Of a stretch of 64,000 nt of DNA, positions 1 to 14,470 are shown piece after piece. The DNA lies in the NCBI GenBank assembly GCA_035221665.1, contig CM069164.1, positions 18,414,001 to 18,478,000 on the forward strand, written 5' to 3'. Every line of letters starts with the position of its first letter. Position 1 is the first letter of the stretch. Origin of the DNA: Okamejei kenojei (lineage: Eukaryota). The notes below the pieces were generated by a model, which saw only the letters and a program-made list of their open reading frames with translations, had not been told where the DNA came from and searched no databases. A program made the position numbers and the translations under genes.

Positions 1-230
1 AATTCTCAAAATGTGTGATAAAGCAGGTGGTAGTTTGGGAATCTAGTGAAACGTTTAGGAATCCAAAAAAAGGGTCAGTTTCTGATTATGGATCTTTCAT
101 GTAATGCAATTGTAGTTTTTAATCCATATTAATTGGATCAATTACAGGAAACTATTCATGAGGTTTGATTTAATTTTCTGTCAATACACTGTCATATAAT
201 ACAATATCAAAAACAATAGGGAAATACAGG

Positions 231-1320
231 CCATGTTTTGGGTTGGGACCCTTCTTCAGACTGGGGGAGAAGTTGGTAAAGAGGTGAGGGTAACTGGCAG
301 ATGAGTGGAGTAGAGCAAGTGACAAAGGGCTACAGGCAAAAAGGAGACAAATGGGTATCAGATAAGGAAAGGAGTAGTGAAATGTAGTCAGAGAGGGATA
401 TGGGTGGAAGGAACAGTGGGATGGAGAAAGAGCAGGGATAAAAAGCTAATATGGGACGGGAATAGAAGGGCAGAGGGGAAAGGAGTAGGGTAGCTGGGGT
501 GGTGGGAGACAGTGTGTGTGGGACAGAGGACACAGATGGTGTATTACAAGAAATTAGAATTCAATGTTCATACCATTGGGTTGAAGGCTACCCCAAGCAG
601 AAAGTGCTTGTTTCTACCATGGATTCTGCGGCCCCTCCTCTAAAACTAACCATACCGCTCCCGGTGCAGGGGAAACATGGGTTAGTGGAAGGGGGAGGAG
701 GTCATGGGTAATTGTATGCTATCAGAGCAAATATATATGCTGTTCTCCCGGTAATGTGGCCACACTCAGGCAATGGACGCAGCCTGGAAGGTCGGTATCA
801 CAATAGGAAGGGGAGTTAAAACGGTTAGCAACCTTAAGATGCAGCAGACCTTGGCGGACAGTGCAAATGTTTGATGAATGGTTGCCTAGTCTATCCTAGC
901 TCTGCTAGTATAAAGGAGCTCACATCCGGAGCAGAGTGCGCAGTAGACATGGTTGGAGGTGGTGCACATGAACTTCTGTCTCACATGGAAGGGCAGCTGG
1001 GGTTCCTGGATGGAAGCGAGAGAGAGGAGTAGGGACAGGTGTCACAGGGGAAAGCCTGGGGAAGGGATTAACGAACCGCAGAGTTGTGGAGGGAGTGGTC
1101 TCTGTGGAAAGTCAAAAAGGTTGGGATGGAAAGATGTGAATGGCAGTGGGAATGGCACAGAATGTGGTGGGAGAAAGTGTTGGATGCGGAGACTGGTGGG
1201 GGTGAAAGGTCTATCCCTAGTTCGATCTTGGGGGGGGGGGGGGGGGAGACTGTGAGCGGGACTAGGTAGACACAGGTGAGGGATTCATCCACAATAGCAG
1301 GGGAGAAACCATAGGGATGT
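231..1320 (-). mobile_element. Degraded Penelope-like retroelement 3' part (Cys-rich linker plus GIY-YIG endonuclease, probably Neptune-type)
   Basis: Minus-strand fragments FHRDHSLHNS, FHVRQKFMCTTSNHVYCALCSGCELLY and GSLQPNGMNIEF; pyrimidine-rich 3' UTR; decayed hammerhead motif at about 233-260. Confidence 0.8.
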
Positions 1321-3319
1321 CACAGGACAGCTTGAATTTCCTGTCCATCTTTAATTGACCCCAAACTGAGGAGGATCAACCAGGTAGCTGTATCTGGAAA
1401 CACTACTCCAGTGCCTTAACTGCTAGGTTACCATACCACACCATGGCAGCTTGCATCCGACCTCTACTCACATTTCCAGTGGATCTAATGACAGGCATCC
1501 ATGTCGACATGTTCTGCCACCCAATTCAACGACCAACTTACAGCACAGTGAATAATGGACTGGCTATTGACCAGCATTTGCCTTTCAATGTAATGCAATG
1601 TAAAGTCACACGGTTGAAGTTTGCATTCAAATTCCACACAAATCCTACTTACCCTTCAAGTCAACAATATATTAAGGTTACTAAACCAGTGCCTCATTCT
1701 CCACAGATTGACTGATAGCAGTCAGTAAAACAAATATGTTTGAAATGTCAAATAATCTGGAAATAGTTTATACCTCACTGCATAATTAGATTATGCAGGG
1801 AAACATTCTTCTTCTTCTTCTTATAGGAATATAATTTGAGGGAAACATGGGACAAAAAATAAATAAATAAGCAAGACATTAGAAATGCTGCTAGTTCCAA
1901 ATTACTCCTCAAAATACTGTTTGTGGGACTGAGAATTAGCCACATATGTTTACTTAATACAAGGCTAATTCTTGGGTCTACAATCAGTTTTAAAATAAAA
2001 CAGGAAGAACTAAAGCCAAAACAATAAAGCTATATAAATGGACAATAAAAATAAAATGACTATTGAATTATTTCTGAAAAGCTCTGCGAGAGGCAAATTG
2101 GATTACTATTCAATTACTGTCAAAAGATATGGGGGAAATAATAAAACAAAATTTGATTTCTGATATCCGACATCTGTTCGCCTGTTCTGAACAATGCACA
2201 CTGCCATTGTCCTTTAATTACAGTCCGATTACTTTGCCAATTCACAGGACTGCACAAAGTTATGAATAGTCAATACGAGAAACATTTCAACCTTAATTAA
2301 TACAAAGTAACCTATGCTACTTATTACCACCAACTGGTCGGAAGGCGTACGATGGTCAAATTTTCTTTATGGAACTTTACAAATTTTAAAACTTAGATTA
2401 AAATGTCCAAATTTGTTCCACGAGTTATAAAATATTAGGAACTACAATAATTAAAAACTGTAAAAAGTAGGTTTCTTAGCACCTTCTCACATCTGTTTTC
2501 ATGTATCATTGTTGATGCTCCAGAAACATTTATAAAAAAAAGTAACGCAGCGAGGGTTCTCAGTTACAAGATGCCAACCAAAGCGACTCTTCAATAGGCT
2601 TTGTAGTCAAAACTTATTCTGCTTTTTAACCTTTTTTAGTTTGATCTTTTATCTGTCACTTACAAGTGCAACTAACTCGATAAGAAACCCTTCACACTGG
2701 ATCCATTCCCCTTCACTTCTGTAATCAAATAGGTGCCCGTGCTCATCCACACAAGAACTCATTAAACCACCCACAAAGAGGTCAGTCCCCTCTAATGACA
2801 TTCAAGGCCCTGGTGAAGGATCCCTTTTAAAACATTGTTCCTACAAAGGGTTATATTCTTACAAGATGAATTATTCTGTTATTGCTGCAAAACAAAAATT
2901 GCAAGATCTATTATTTATTAATTTTCTGAACGTGAAAAACATTTATGCAAATTATATATTAATATTATTGTTAAAGTAACTGACAAGTCCTTTGGTATTG
3001 GGTGTAGCTGTAATTATAAATATTGGACAGGCAATCCGCACTAAGTTTGCTCAATTTAGTTGATCGTTGAACGATCAGAAGCAGCGAACATGCATCTTAA
3101 AGCGCATCAGAACAATCAATATAAATAAACACTGAAAGAGACAAAAATACACATGTAGGCCACAAAAATCTAAGAGGCCCACAATACGCACCGGTACAAT
3201 AATTGTCTTCCAAACAGACGCATCTGTGGGAAGCAATATTCACCTTCAACTCTTCCCTCTCCAAATATTTTTGAAAGCTAGTAGTCATGTGTCCCATTTA
3301 GACTTTAAAACTGATGGTA

Positions 3320-4240
3320 TTACAGACAGACATTTGTACATAATTGCCAGTGTTGGTCATCTCCAATGGGACAAGCTTGTCCTGCTGCTCTCATCCGAGT
3401 AACAACCACAACTGTTCCCTTTGTCCAAGGAAGGCTTTGGCAGAATGGCTCAGACAAGCAATAGTAGTAACAAACACAGTGGCCAGGGTGTGCTGGTGAT
3501 GGAGAGGGTGAACATTTTAACTGATGGGTGGATTGCTGAGCTTTCAGGCTGCCTTGTCCTGAATGGGTGTCTATCTCATGTACATTGCTAGATCCATACT
3601 CTTCCAGGCAAATGGCAAGTATTCCATCATGCTCCCGACCTCTTATGTTTTCTTGTAGCCACAGCACTGTGGCTGGTCCAGATGACTTGGGAGTCAAGAA
3701 TGCTTCTGGAAATGTTGATGGCAAGAGATTCAGCATGATATACAGGCAATGCTGTTGAATGGTCAGATTCACTCGTTGATAACTATCACAGCCTGGCCTT
3801 TTCAGTATTTATGCTACCTGTCACTTATCAGTTCATGCCCGAACACTGGCCGAGTCTCGCAGCATGCAGGATCAGACCGCTTCACTTTCAGAGGAATCCC
3901 AAATGGAATAGAATGGTACACAAACATTCCCACTTCTGATGCACGTTTGGATAGAAGGTCATTGATGCCGTTGACACTAGCTCCGATTTGGATGAGGCTG
4001 CCCTGAAAAATGCTCCTAGTGTGATGTAAAAGAGATGCAATAATTGACCAACAAACCAACACTGCCCAAGAGGAAAACAACTTCAATCTATGCTTTTTCT
4101 TTTTCTTTTGATGACTTGTGACGCATTCAGCCAATGCTTCCTTGCTGTCACTTTCACTTCACTGGTGGTATTCAATCGTAGAGGTCATCGGCCGAACGGT
4201 TCTGGCAAAATTGAGATTGGGCATCAATGATAATCTATCT
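3320..4240 (-). mobile_element. Old degraded non-LTR retrotransposon RT region (CR1/L2-group-like)
   Basis: ORF 3814-4134 has FQGSLI...INDLLSKRASEVGMF, a decayed PQGSVLGP...INDLP...MFADD signature. Confidence 0.55.
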
Positions 4241-6044
4241 AACTATTAAGGAGTAAATGTTGCTTGAGAGCTCTGTCAATGACACTGTCCACCACGATTA
4301 GTGATTGATTAGCCCTCTCGGAGTCCGTGCGACCATTTGTTTCCCTAGTCCCATCTACCTGCACTCAGACCATACCCCTCCACTTAATGTTAAAATCGAT
4401 CCTGCCTCCACCACTTCTGCTGGAAGCTGATTCCACACGGATTGGATTTGTTCTCTTTGTAAAAAAAACATTATTAGGCAGAATACTGCTGCAGTTTTCA
4501 TTGACGATCCAGAACCGAGGAAAACAATACGCTGGCTATTTTTTTATATGCTAAATGCCCCAGTACGCGTAATAATAAAGAACCATTGAACCAATTATAG
4601 CCCTATGTGGCAGGTTTGCCAAAACAATCCCCACATCACAGATTTTAAGTAGAGTTGGTTCGTATCCAAGCACGCCCTTCTATGCTCCCCATGGAGCAGG
4701 TGCGGCTGCCCCAGCTTACTGGGAATATGCGATGGGCTGCACCATGAGGTTACAGGTTGAGGTGATGGACATTTTTACTGCTGCTGATGGCCCTCATTGT
4801 CCCATGGATGCCCAGTTATTATATAAAGGCTGTTTCAACAGTTCCGAATTCTGATTCTTCATAGAAAAAAAAGAGCAGATATCACCACCCTTTAAGTAAA
4901 CAAGAAAAAACAACTTCAATGTCTATTATAAAAGCAAAGAAGTCATTGCAATCCATTCGAATTGAAGACAGACACATAAAATGGCATATTTCATTTTTTA
5001 CAGCATCCATACTGTGCTGTGTTGTTGTACCTATTAACCACCATCAGAACAGCTTTTGTGCACACAGTTTGATGGATGCGACCCACAGCTAAATGTTTAC
5101 AGAACTAAGTAGCTTTAAGCAGGATGTCGATAAGAATAAGTGTCTCCCAAGCTATCCAAGCAAAGACAAACACCAAGGCCAAACTCAAATATAGGTTACA
5201 TGACTTATGGATCACTTTGGGCTCTCGTTTATCAAACAGGTAAAAAGAAAATCTGTTTGAAAATTGTTATTTATGAAACACTTCCCTATTAGCTTACGTA
5301 AGCTGAACTTTAAAACCATCTATAAGAAAATTCAATATTAGCTCTTTTGTTACTGAAATGCCAAATAAACTGCACTCGGGCTGAGCGGGGGAAATAGAGG
5401 AGTTGTTGAAAGGATAAGTACGTATGCTAAATAATTGGTAAAGATTTGCTAACATTTTATAAATAATGTACAAGGCAAAGTTAATACAAATCATTTCCAT
5501 TTAATAGAAAAAAATGTTTTTCTTGCTTTATGGTACACTCATATATACAAATATTCTTTGTTATAATAATACCTCTCTGCTGATTGATCAAGTCCAGTTC
5601 CTATTTTCACATCACAATGTAATCCTTTTTGCAAGATGTTTCATGTCACAAATTAGCCGAGCATTTAAAAATATATCAGCAATACATTTTTGTATACATC
5701 TCTCCCCCCTCTCATACCAACTGAAAAGAATTTGCTAGCAGATTCACAAATATTTACAGTTGTTGAAGTGTTTCATCCATAAAGGAACATAATCCTTTGC
5801 CGCCATAATGCATTTTGGCATTGAATATTCCTCCTTTGCACATTTTAGGGCAATATTCCAATGAATCAAATAATTTTATTATGGTTTGGTAATGCTGGGT
5901 CATCCAGCTCTACAGAATAAAATGTTCAGGCTATTATAACTACTTTATCATCTATTATCAGGCCAGGAGGTACACAAGCCTGAAGCCCCACAATGCCAGG
6001 CTCTGGGACTGCTACTTTCCTCAAACTATCAGGCTCTTGAACCA

Positions 6045-6254
6045 AAGATAGACGCAGAATGCTGGAGTAACTCAGCAGGTCTGGCTGCATCTCTGGAGAA
6101 AGGAATAGGTGGCATCTCAGGTCGAGACCCTTGGTCAGCTGCAGCAGGGTCTCAATCCGAAACGTCACCCATTCCTTTCTCCAGATCCGCTGAGTTACTC
6201 CCACATTTTGTGTCTATCTTCGGTGTAAATAAGCATCTGTAGCCCCTTCCTACA
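6045..6254. mobile_element. Palindromic Penelope-derived short element nested in a Rex/Babar 3' fragment
   Basis: Inverted arms around a decayed hammerhead; imperfect 15-bp TSD CAGGCTCTTGAACCA / CAGGTTCATGAACCA. Confidence 0.7.
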
Positions 6255-9200
6255 CAGGTTCATGAACCAGCTGCACAACCCTAATCACACTTTGGCTATG
6301 AGATACTAAAAGAGCACCTCTTTCACTGCCATGGATTTGTTTTTGGTTTGCACCAATGTCTTGTGTTTCTCCCCCCCCCCCCCCCCCCATAGTATTTCCA
6401 TGAGTTTAATTATAGCTAGTTTTAGAGAAAACATTGAAGTGGTCAATTAACTAATTATAGACAAGTGGCGACCGGGCGATATGATTGGGGAGTTACACAG
6501 TCTAAAGAATATATACTATTCAACAATATGGGGCAGCTTTATTCTGATAGTTGTTTCCTGGTCCATATTCCATTCACATGATTTTTTAAAATCTGGTTTT
6601 GTGGTGAATCTTTGGGTGGGCTTGTAGAAATCTACTGCATTAATATCAATAAATAAATCCTCTGATCATGCATTAAAGAACAGATTGTCAGTAGCTATAT
6701 ACACCCAGGGACATTTTATATCATTAAATATACAGTAGCTCAAAATACAGCGTTGCTACAGGGCAAACCAAAACCATGCTATGCGCAACCCAACCTGCTC
6801 TAAAGTCCCTCTTGACAATCACTGCTATGTTCACTGACCTGCACTGACTTAAAGATGGGGTGGTGGGGGGAATTGGTTTATGGAAACAGCGTAACACATG
6901 GATCGCCTGTATTGCATTAACTCTGATACATAATCAAGTTGATTCATTAAGGAAACTCCAGTGCTATCATATCAATAATGCATATTGAAATTGATCAGTA
7001 ACCACCACCACTCCCTGAAGCAAATCGTTTAATTTCATACTGCAGTTAAGCATTGTTCTGACTCTATGATAATTTAGGACCGACGGTGGAATATTATTAA
7101 AATAAGCAGCAGCTTGAAAACCAAAGCTGAACACATTGGCAAAGCCACAATCATTCAAGTGACAGTTTGGAATGCTGCCAAAAATTTCACTGACCCAAAC
7201 CTCTGGTAATAACCTCTATAATGGATTTCATTTCCAAGACATAACCCTTCAATCAACACAGTAATCCACTTTGTGGTTTACAAATCAAAACAGTTAAAAC
7301 ACAGTCGTTACTTCCTACAGCTGTCAAAATCTATTACTGTGCTATTTAGTTCTTTTCAGGATTCTCTCCCTGTTACCCGTCCTTACAGAGTAGGGAACAA
7401 AATTGCAGATGTAGAAAGAGGATTCGGTTTCACTCGATCACTTTTACACAAATTGACATCAATTTCCAGAAAACCATTCACAAAAGGAAGTAAAACTCAA
7501 AAGGTGTAGCAATGCACTTGCTTTTGATACTTGTATAACTGAAGCTGATCATTTCTTCAACTGAACCTCCCTACTCTCAGAAGCAGAATAGGCATGATAC
7601 ACTATGACAAAAAAAGTTTTAAAAACTGCATTTTAACAGAGGCAATTTGATTAAAATAGAACTTTTGTTCTCCGATTTAACAAATGCATCTTTCCATAAA
7701 ATCTTTAAACGTTCAAACAAATTTTCTTTTCCAGTTTTAAATGTCATACTACGATCTGTCTCGGAGGTGTTATTGTACCAAACGATACAATCAGTCCAAG
7801 GCATCCCCTGGTGTGGTCTTATTTTGTATTTCTGACATAAGCAGTATTTGGGTTTTCCGTCACCAGACTCTCCTTGAAAAGTTAACACGGATTCAAAGCA
7901 GAGACACTGCAACATAAAGGGACGCTTGCATCCTTTGTTTTTAACACTGCTGATCCCTTCAATTAAGCGAGTTCAAATCCAAGGCAAAATTGCTATCAAC
8001 ACCTTGCACTTTTCTGCATCTTCCATTTCACACAAAAGCTTGTGTAAATATCCGAGTTTTGAATTCTAAATGAGTAAGTCAAATGTCTTAAGTTCAGGGT
8101 TGTTGCTGAATTATAATTTCCTCCGACTTATACCAAACATTGATGTAGAACATTGACGTACTTATATCTTACTCAAAAAAAAAATGTAGAAGCTTCCTCA
8201 ATGTTGAATATAACTACACCATTTCAAACAGCAGTTAATCTTCCTTGCATTTAAATTACATAATAACTGCCTACAATTTTGTTGTCTATAATGCTCAGAA
8301 CATTTTTTTCTATGATTATGAATATTCATTTATGATAGGTAGATCATCTCTGGGTTAGTTTTCCACAAACACTGTTCCACAAATGATTACCTCAATAATT
8401 AGATTAGATGATCATCTTGTCAATTGTTTAGTTTCAAATTGGATGTATAACAAGAAAGGGCACCCTTTTATATATGTCTCATCTAGTATTACATAATTAA
8501 AAGGGTAGTTTGCATCTGTTCAATTGAAACAAGCAAATTTTCTCTCAAATGATTGCGTATAGACTTGTTGCTACAGGCAATCCACCCACTCTTGAAAAAC
8601 AAAATGGCAGATTAATGGCTTTCACCACGGATATTAGCAAGTAAATGTATACCCTTCATCACGAGCTGCTTCAACACAAAGAGCTACCCACAGATCGGTT
8701 AGTGCCTCTTTCATTGTTCATCAGATCAGCCCATCTTTAGAAGCTTTATCTTTTATCCTTTAACAGGACCAATATCTTTGAATTTTTCTACTGTGGTTCC
8801 CCACTATCCAGTGGCACCGGTCGGATTAGCAAGCAGTCAGCTCAGTGGCTTTAAAATGGTGATTAAAAACCAATAGACAAGGGGGTCCAGAGAAAAATAT
8901 CTGCTCATCCGATCTGAGACATTCTCCGTTCTGTTCTCGAGCCCAGTTGAATAGTATCTGTGCTAACTTAGGCTAAGTGAAATATCTAAAGTATTCAACA
9001 GTGTTTGTATTTTGAAGCCATGCACCAACGTTTATCTGTTCATGGGATACATGTGTGAAATGGAAGGAGGAAGCAAGTGCAAGGGAAGCCAAGCAAGGAG
9101 GGGATTAAAGCAGCGTTGGAATTTCACATGCATGAAAAGGTACACTAATTCTATTTTATCTAGCCTGATTGTTCAGCTGTGGCAGTTCAATTCAAAAAAG

Positions 9201-9989
9201 CCCTCTGCATCTGAAAACATTTTGTAACTGTTCCGACCAAGGAGCACTTACAAACGCAAGAACTTCCTGTCAACAGAACAATTACTCACAAGGATTCTCA
9301 AATAAGAGGGGAGCAGAAACAGCAAAACCTGCAGATCACACACGAATTTGAAGCTTGTGCAGAAAACCAATTAACAAATGGAGTTAACTCTGCATTCATA
9401 TCTCCATATTTTTCTATTCTCATTTGAATATGCCATGTCTTTTTTCCAAAATGATAATATCAAAATCTATTTTTCTTCAGTTTTATTTTTCTTCCATTTG
9501 TTACTTTGTTGTAAACGTCTGCCCATTGTTCCATTTTTCTTTATTGCCATCACTTTAATTCTCCATCTGCCATCACATTTGCAGTGAACGCACAACTTAT
9601 CTCCACACGTGGAAATAAAATATATATTTGCCAACTTAAAAAAAAAACTATGCAATTTCAAGCTATTTATAAATATTAGATTTAAGACACTGCATTACTG
9701 CGTGCAAGTTAGGAAATAGGGAGTGAAATTAATTGATATCAACAGCACAACACAATGCAACATTAGATTGGAGCTATTGTCAATATCGCTCTTACATTCT
9801 TGACCGGGTCCAGTTTCATGCCTATAAATTTTCACCATCATAAGCTACACTTATTCAGCTCAGCTGATCTAGCCACATCATATCCATGCCAGACACCCAG
9901 CCTGAATCAGGCTTAGCCTTGGCAAGACATTGGCCAGTTAACATTCAAAAATGCTCTTAAAACCAGCTTGAGGAAATCCCCACCTGATT

Positions 9990-10600
9990 TTAAGGATCCC
10001 TAGCCAAAAGTATGCCTGGATAGAGTGGATGTGGAGAGGAAGTTTCCAGCAGTGGGAGAATCTTGGACCAGAGGTCATAGCTTCAGAATTAGGAAGATAA
10101 AGAGAAATGTCTTCAGTCGGAGGGTGGGAAAAGCCCTGTCTCACTGTACGAGTTCATTCAAGGGCTCTCCCGAGTTTAAAAAAATCTAACTCGTGGTAAG
10201 CACATAGAATGAACGTAGCAGGTACGTCGGAGCTCGGGTACGTCTCTTAGCGGCTCGTAACGCTAACGGCAGGTACTCGGGAAACGCAGTAAACTTGGGA
10301 AGACTCATGAAGATTTTTCAACATGTTGAAAAATGTCCACGAGATCCCCGAGTACTTACGAGCGGCCATTACCATAAATCTCTGAGTTCGAATCAGGGCA
10401 AACTCGGGAGAACTCTTGAATGAACTCGTACAGTGGGACAGGGCTTTGAATCTGCGGAGACCGTCAATGGATATTTTTAAGGCAGAGTTAGATCGATTCT
10501 TTATTATTACAGGTGCCAGCAGTGATGGGGAGAAGGCAGGAGAATGGGGTTAAGAAGGAAAGATAGATCAATCACGATTGACTGGCAGAGTAGACTTGAA
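9990..10600 (+). mobile_element. CR1/HER1-type LINE 3' fragment interrupted by a MITE
   Basis: Same 3' sequence as the other CR1 copies (GGGGAGAAGGCAGGAGAATGGGGT...); split at 10130-10447. Confidence 0.75.
10130..10447. mobile_element. MITE with about 45-bp terminal inverted repeats (PIF/Harbinger-like)
   Basis: AAAGCCCTGTCTCACTGTACGAGTTCATTCAAG ... CTTGAATGAACTCGTACAGTGGGACAGGGCTTT; CpG-rich, non-coding. Confidence 0.8.
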
Positions 10601-10899
10601 TTGCGCACCAGCAGGTCCATGCTTCAGGAATGTAGAACTGCAACCAGAGGAAATGTATCAGCTCCTAGAATAACCATCTGATCGCCGAGCATCCCCTGTA
10701 GCAAAGTGTGTGGATCTCACAGAGGCCTCAGCAATCATAGAGTCAGGATGCTTGATGTTGCCCACGGAACACATGGTGAAAAAGGTTTAGATGTGATTAT
10801 CTGAGCTAATAGGGGCAGTAGAGGCGGGTTAACTTTTATGGGGAGGAGAAGCCAATCGAAGATGAACAAGGGCGTGCAGGAGGGAGAAACTATGCTGTA

Positions 10900-12200
10900 A
10901 TTGTGAGAAACAAAACATCGCAGACAACCTCCTTCACACTCACAGGCACCATACCCACCAATTTTGGTGTCATCTACAGACTTAGGAATCATGCCGTCTA
11001 CATTCACAACAAATCATTGATATCACAAACAAGAGGTCCCAGCAGCAATCCACCTCTGGTTATAGAGCTCCAATCTGAAAAATAGCTCTCCACTACCACA
11101 TTCTGCCACTCCTGGTTACCAAATGTGTTAATCTTCCAGACCATCCTACCATGCAGAACCTAGTCAAAGGCCTCACTAAATTCCGTATAGAAAATGTCTG
11201 ACGTGCTGCCCTCCAGCTCGTTGGTCATTTCCAAACTCAAGATTGAGGCAAAATTTTCCCCCATGCACAGGACCATCCCCAATCAGTCCTCACACTTCCA
11301 AATGCTAATAAGTTCAATCTCTCAGAATCCAACCCAATAGCTTTCGCACCACTAATGCCAAGCTCACCATCCTGTGGTTCTGGTTTGTCCCTGCTGTTCT
11401 CCTTCAATGAAAGCCACAACATTAGCTACTCTCCAGTCTCCTGGAACCTCACCTGCAGCAAACAAAAATACAAAGATATCTACCAGAGCCCTGCAATCTC
11501 CTTCTTTGTTTCTTACATCATCGTAGGATGCACCTGGTAGGTCTCTGGGACTTATCCCCCTTTATGAATGAAGTTTATTGGCCAAGTATGTACACATACA
11601 AGGAATTTGCTTGTTGCTCGGCTCGCAAGTAACAACATGACATAGTGACAATTGAGAATGACACAAAACATTAATAAAAAAACATTATCATTTAAACATG
11701 TGAATGAAATAAAATACCACAGCAAAGGAGGCTACAGATTTTTGGTTATTGAGTAGAGCTGGTTTCAAGACCTCCAATACCATCCGCTTCATAATGTTGA
11801 TGTGCTCCAGGATACATATCACTGTTCCTTCCCCGGAACTCACCAGCTTCAATCCCTTTCTCCAGTGAATATAAATAGCTATTCATAAAAGACCCATTTG
11901 TCCTGGCTCCACACATAGATCAACACACTGATCCTTAAAGGGATCTACTCCGTCCCTAGCTATTGTTTTTTAAAACTCTGAATCCACTTTTAGGATTCTC
12001 CTTAATTTGCCAGAATTTTATCAAGGCCTATTTTGCCCTCCTAATGTTTTCCTTAAGTGTACTCCTACTTCTCTTGTACTCCTCAGGGAACTCACTTGTT
12101 CACAGCGGCTTATATTTGGATCTGGAATATGCTGACACTGAATTATTTGTCTCATTTTTAAAAGCCTCTTCAGTGTCCTGGTCTATTTTGCCGAATGATA
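10900..12200 (-). mobile_element. Highly degraded CR1 LINE ORF2 fragments with a nested short repeat (about 11565-11760)
   Basis: Decayed PKSVDDTKIGG (KFADDTKIGG-like) in ORF 10735-11007 and DKPEPQDGELG (decayed KVPHGRL region). Confidence 0.55.
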
Positions 12201-13399
12201 CAAAAGGAGCGCCAAAATCCAATTAAATGGAGGGAAAAATAACCTGCATTTTTGCACCTAGTCACATTCTAGATACTTACTTTAAAAAAAAATAAACATA
12301 AGTTTAGACATTACTTTCCGGTACCAGGATCAGTCTCAGACCCAAAGACAGAGTCAAACTACCAGCTACCAAACGCACAGCCAAATCACAATTACTTAGT
12401 GAAATAGAAGATGGCCCACACTCTGAACCAAAACACGAAGAGGAACCATTTCTTCAAGATGGAACATCTGATCAACACAGGTGGCATTCTGTTTTAATTA
12501 CCAGAGTATTATACTTTTATGAAGCATTTGGGAATAAATTTTGTTTTGAACAACTCGCTATCAGCCTTTGTGCTAAATTTTTATTTTATTTAATGCACAC
12601 CACAGGTAAGGATAGCGCATCAAATTAAATTCCATTCAGCAGGAAAAAGAATGATGAGCGCGTGGAACAATCACCTGGGTTAATAATCCTTCCATGTGGA
12701 TTTAAATGATACTAATGTTTGGATGGTCTTCAATTATTTATGAGTGAGACTAATCAAAAGTTGAAAGATGAGATTCAGCAAGATATGCGTTTTGTATAGA
12801 AGTCCGCAGGTTATCAAATAGTAGACCACTGATTGATCCTGCACAGCATCCAACATGATGCCCTCTCAATATCTCCCAGTGATTTTTTAATCTCCCAAGA
12901 GAATATGGTTCCATCACTTCAGAACTGGTGTAATCTAAAATGTCATTAAAATTTTGATCACAACGAGAACTATACTTCACAACACAATGATTTGATATTT
13001 GCTGCCAGCATATTTTCTTCAGTGTTTGAAGGCTGCAAGTGCATTACAATCCCAGAGCAAAGGTGTGATTCACTGAAGCAGCATGAGGAACACTGCAGTC
13101 AGGAAGCAGCAGGGGTGGGTGGGAGATATAAGAACTCAGTTGGCTGGAGCTGTACTGAGCCAGCCCAAGAATTTGGACAAGGAAAGAGGTCAATCATCTG
13201 GGCTCTGGCCTCCAGTGGCAGGAGTTCCTGAACGAAACGAGCCAATCATCGTCAGTTATTTTATCATCAACTCTTCCTCCATCTGATCAGAAGCGAGATG
13301 ATTTATGTAATGTTCCATTCTATTCATAACTTCGCAGATTATGGTATGGTACATGGCTGCATTTTATTAAGATCGACAGACAACGTTATTTAATTTAGG

Positions 13400-13795
13400 T
13401 CTGGAATTTAGAAGGATGAGAAGGAAACTTATTGAAACATATAAGATTAAGGGAGTGGACACGCTAGAGGCAGGAAACATGTTCCTGATCTTGGGGGACC
13501 AGGGGCCACAGTTTAAGAAAAAGGGGTTGGCCTTTTAGAACGGAGATGATGAAAACCTTTTTCACCCTGAGAGTTGTGAATCTGTGGAATTCTCTGCCTC
13601 AGAAGGCAGTGGAAGCCAATTCTCTGGATGTTTTCAAGAGAGAGTTAGATAGAGCTCTTAAAGATAGCAGATTCAGAGGATATGGGGAGAAGGCAGGAAC
13701 GGGGTACTGAATGTGGATGATCAAGCATGATCGCAGTGAATGGCGGTGCTGGCTCGAAGGGCCGAATGGCCTACTCCTGCACCTATTGTCTATTG
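13400..13795 (+). mobile_element. CR1/HER1-type LINE 3' end
   Basis: LEFRRMR...RVVNLWNSLPQKAVEA coding remnant and TATTGTCTATTG tail. Confidence 0.85.
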
Positions 13796-14039
13796 GAATC
13801 ACCAGTGGAAAACAACATGCAGGACAGAGATGAGGTTGACATTTTCCAAAACAAGAAAGTTTAAGCACATCTACTTGATATTCAATGATAATACTGTCAC
13901 CAGGCTCCCACCAAAACCTTCTAGAATTTAACAAAACCTAAAATATTAAAAATGGGCCAGGAACTTAAAAATCAAACTCCGGAATGAGACATTCTCCAGT
14001 AAATGACTCGCTCCCAAACTCTCCAAATTAATTGAACAT

Positions 14040-14470
14040 GCTTCTCTTAAGTGAAAGACTACAACTCTAAAAAGAGCCATGAAGCTCAACAACATCAAGA
14101 ATAAAGTTGTGCATCGGAATGGCACTCATACACTTGTAAATGTGGGACTGTTGTCTGTACAAAACAGCACAGTAGCTCATCCAGGCTTCATGGCGGTATT
14201 TCAAAACATCACCTTGCCACCTAGAAGATCAGGGAAATCCGTGCATTGGAGTACCAGCACCACCTGATCTGGAAACACGTCTCAATTCCTTTAGTGTTGC
14301 GGGGTGTGAATTCTGGACACTCCTATGCCACTATGCTTGGGAGGGTTTTCATCAAAAAGAATGTAGTTATTCAAACAGCTCATCATCACCTTCCCAATGC
14401 AATGAATAATGGACCCGAAATGCGGCCTTGCAACAGTGTCCAAATTCTGTAATAAACTTTTTTAAATAAA
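14040..14470 (+). mobile_element. Old LINE 3' fragment, probably the same family as 3320-4240
   Basis: Resembles a recalled elasmobranch LINE 3' end (CAGCTCATCATCACCTTC ... A-rich end); heavily diverged. Confidence 0.4.
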
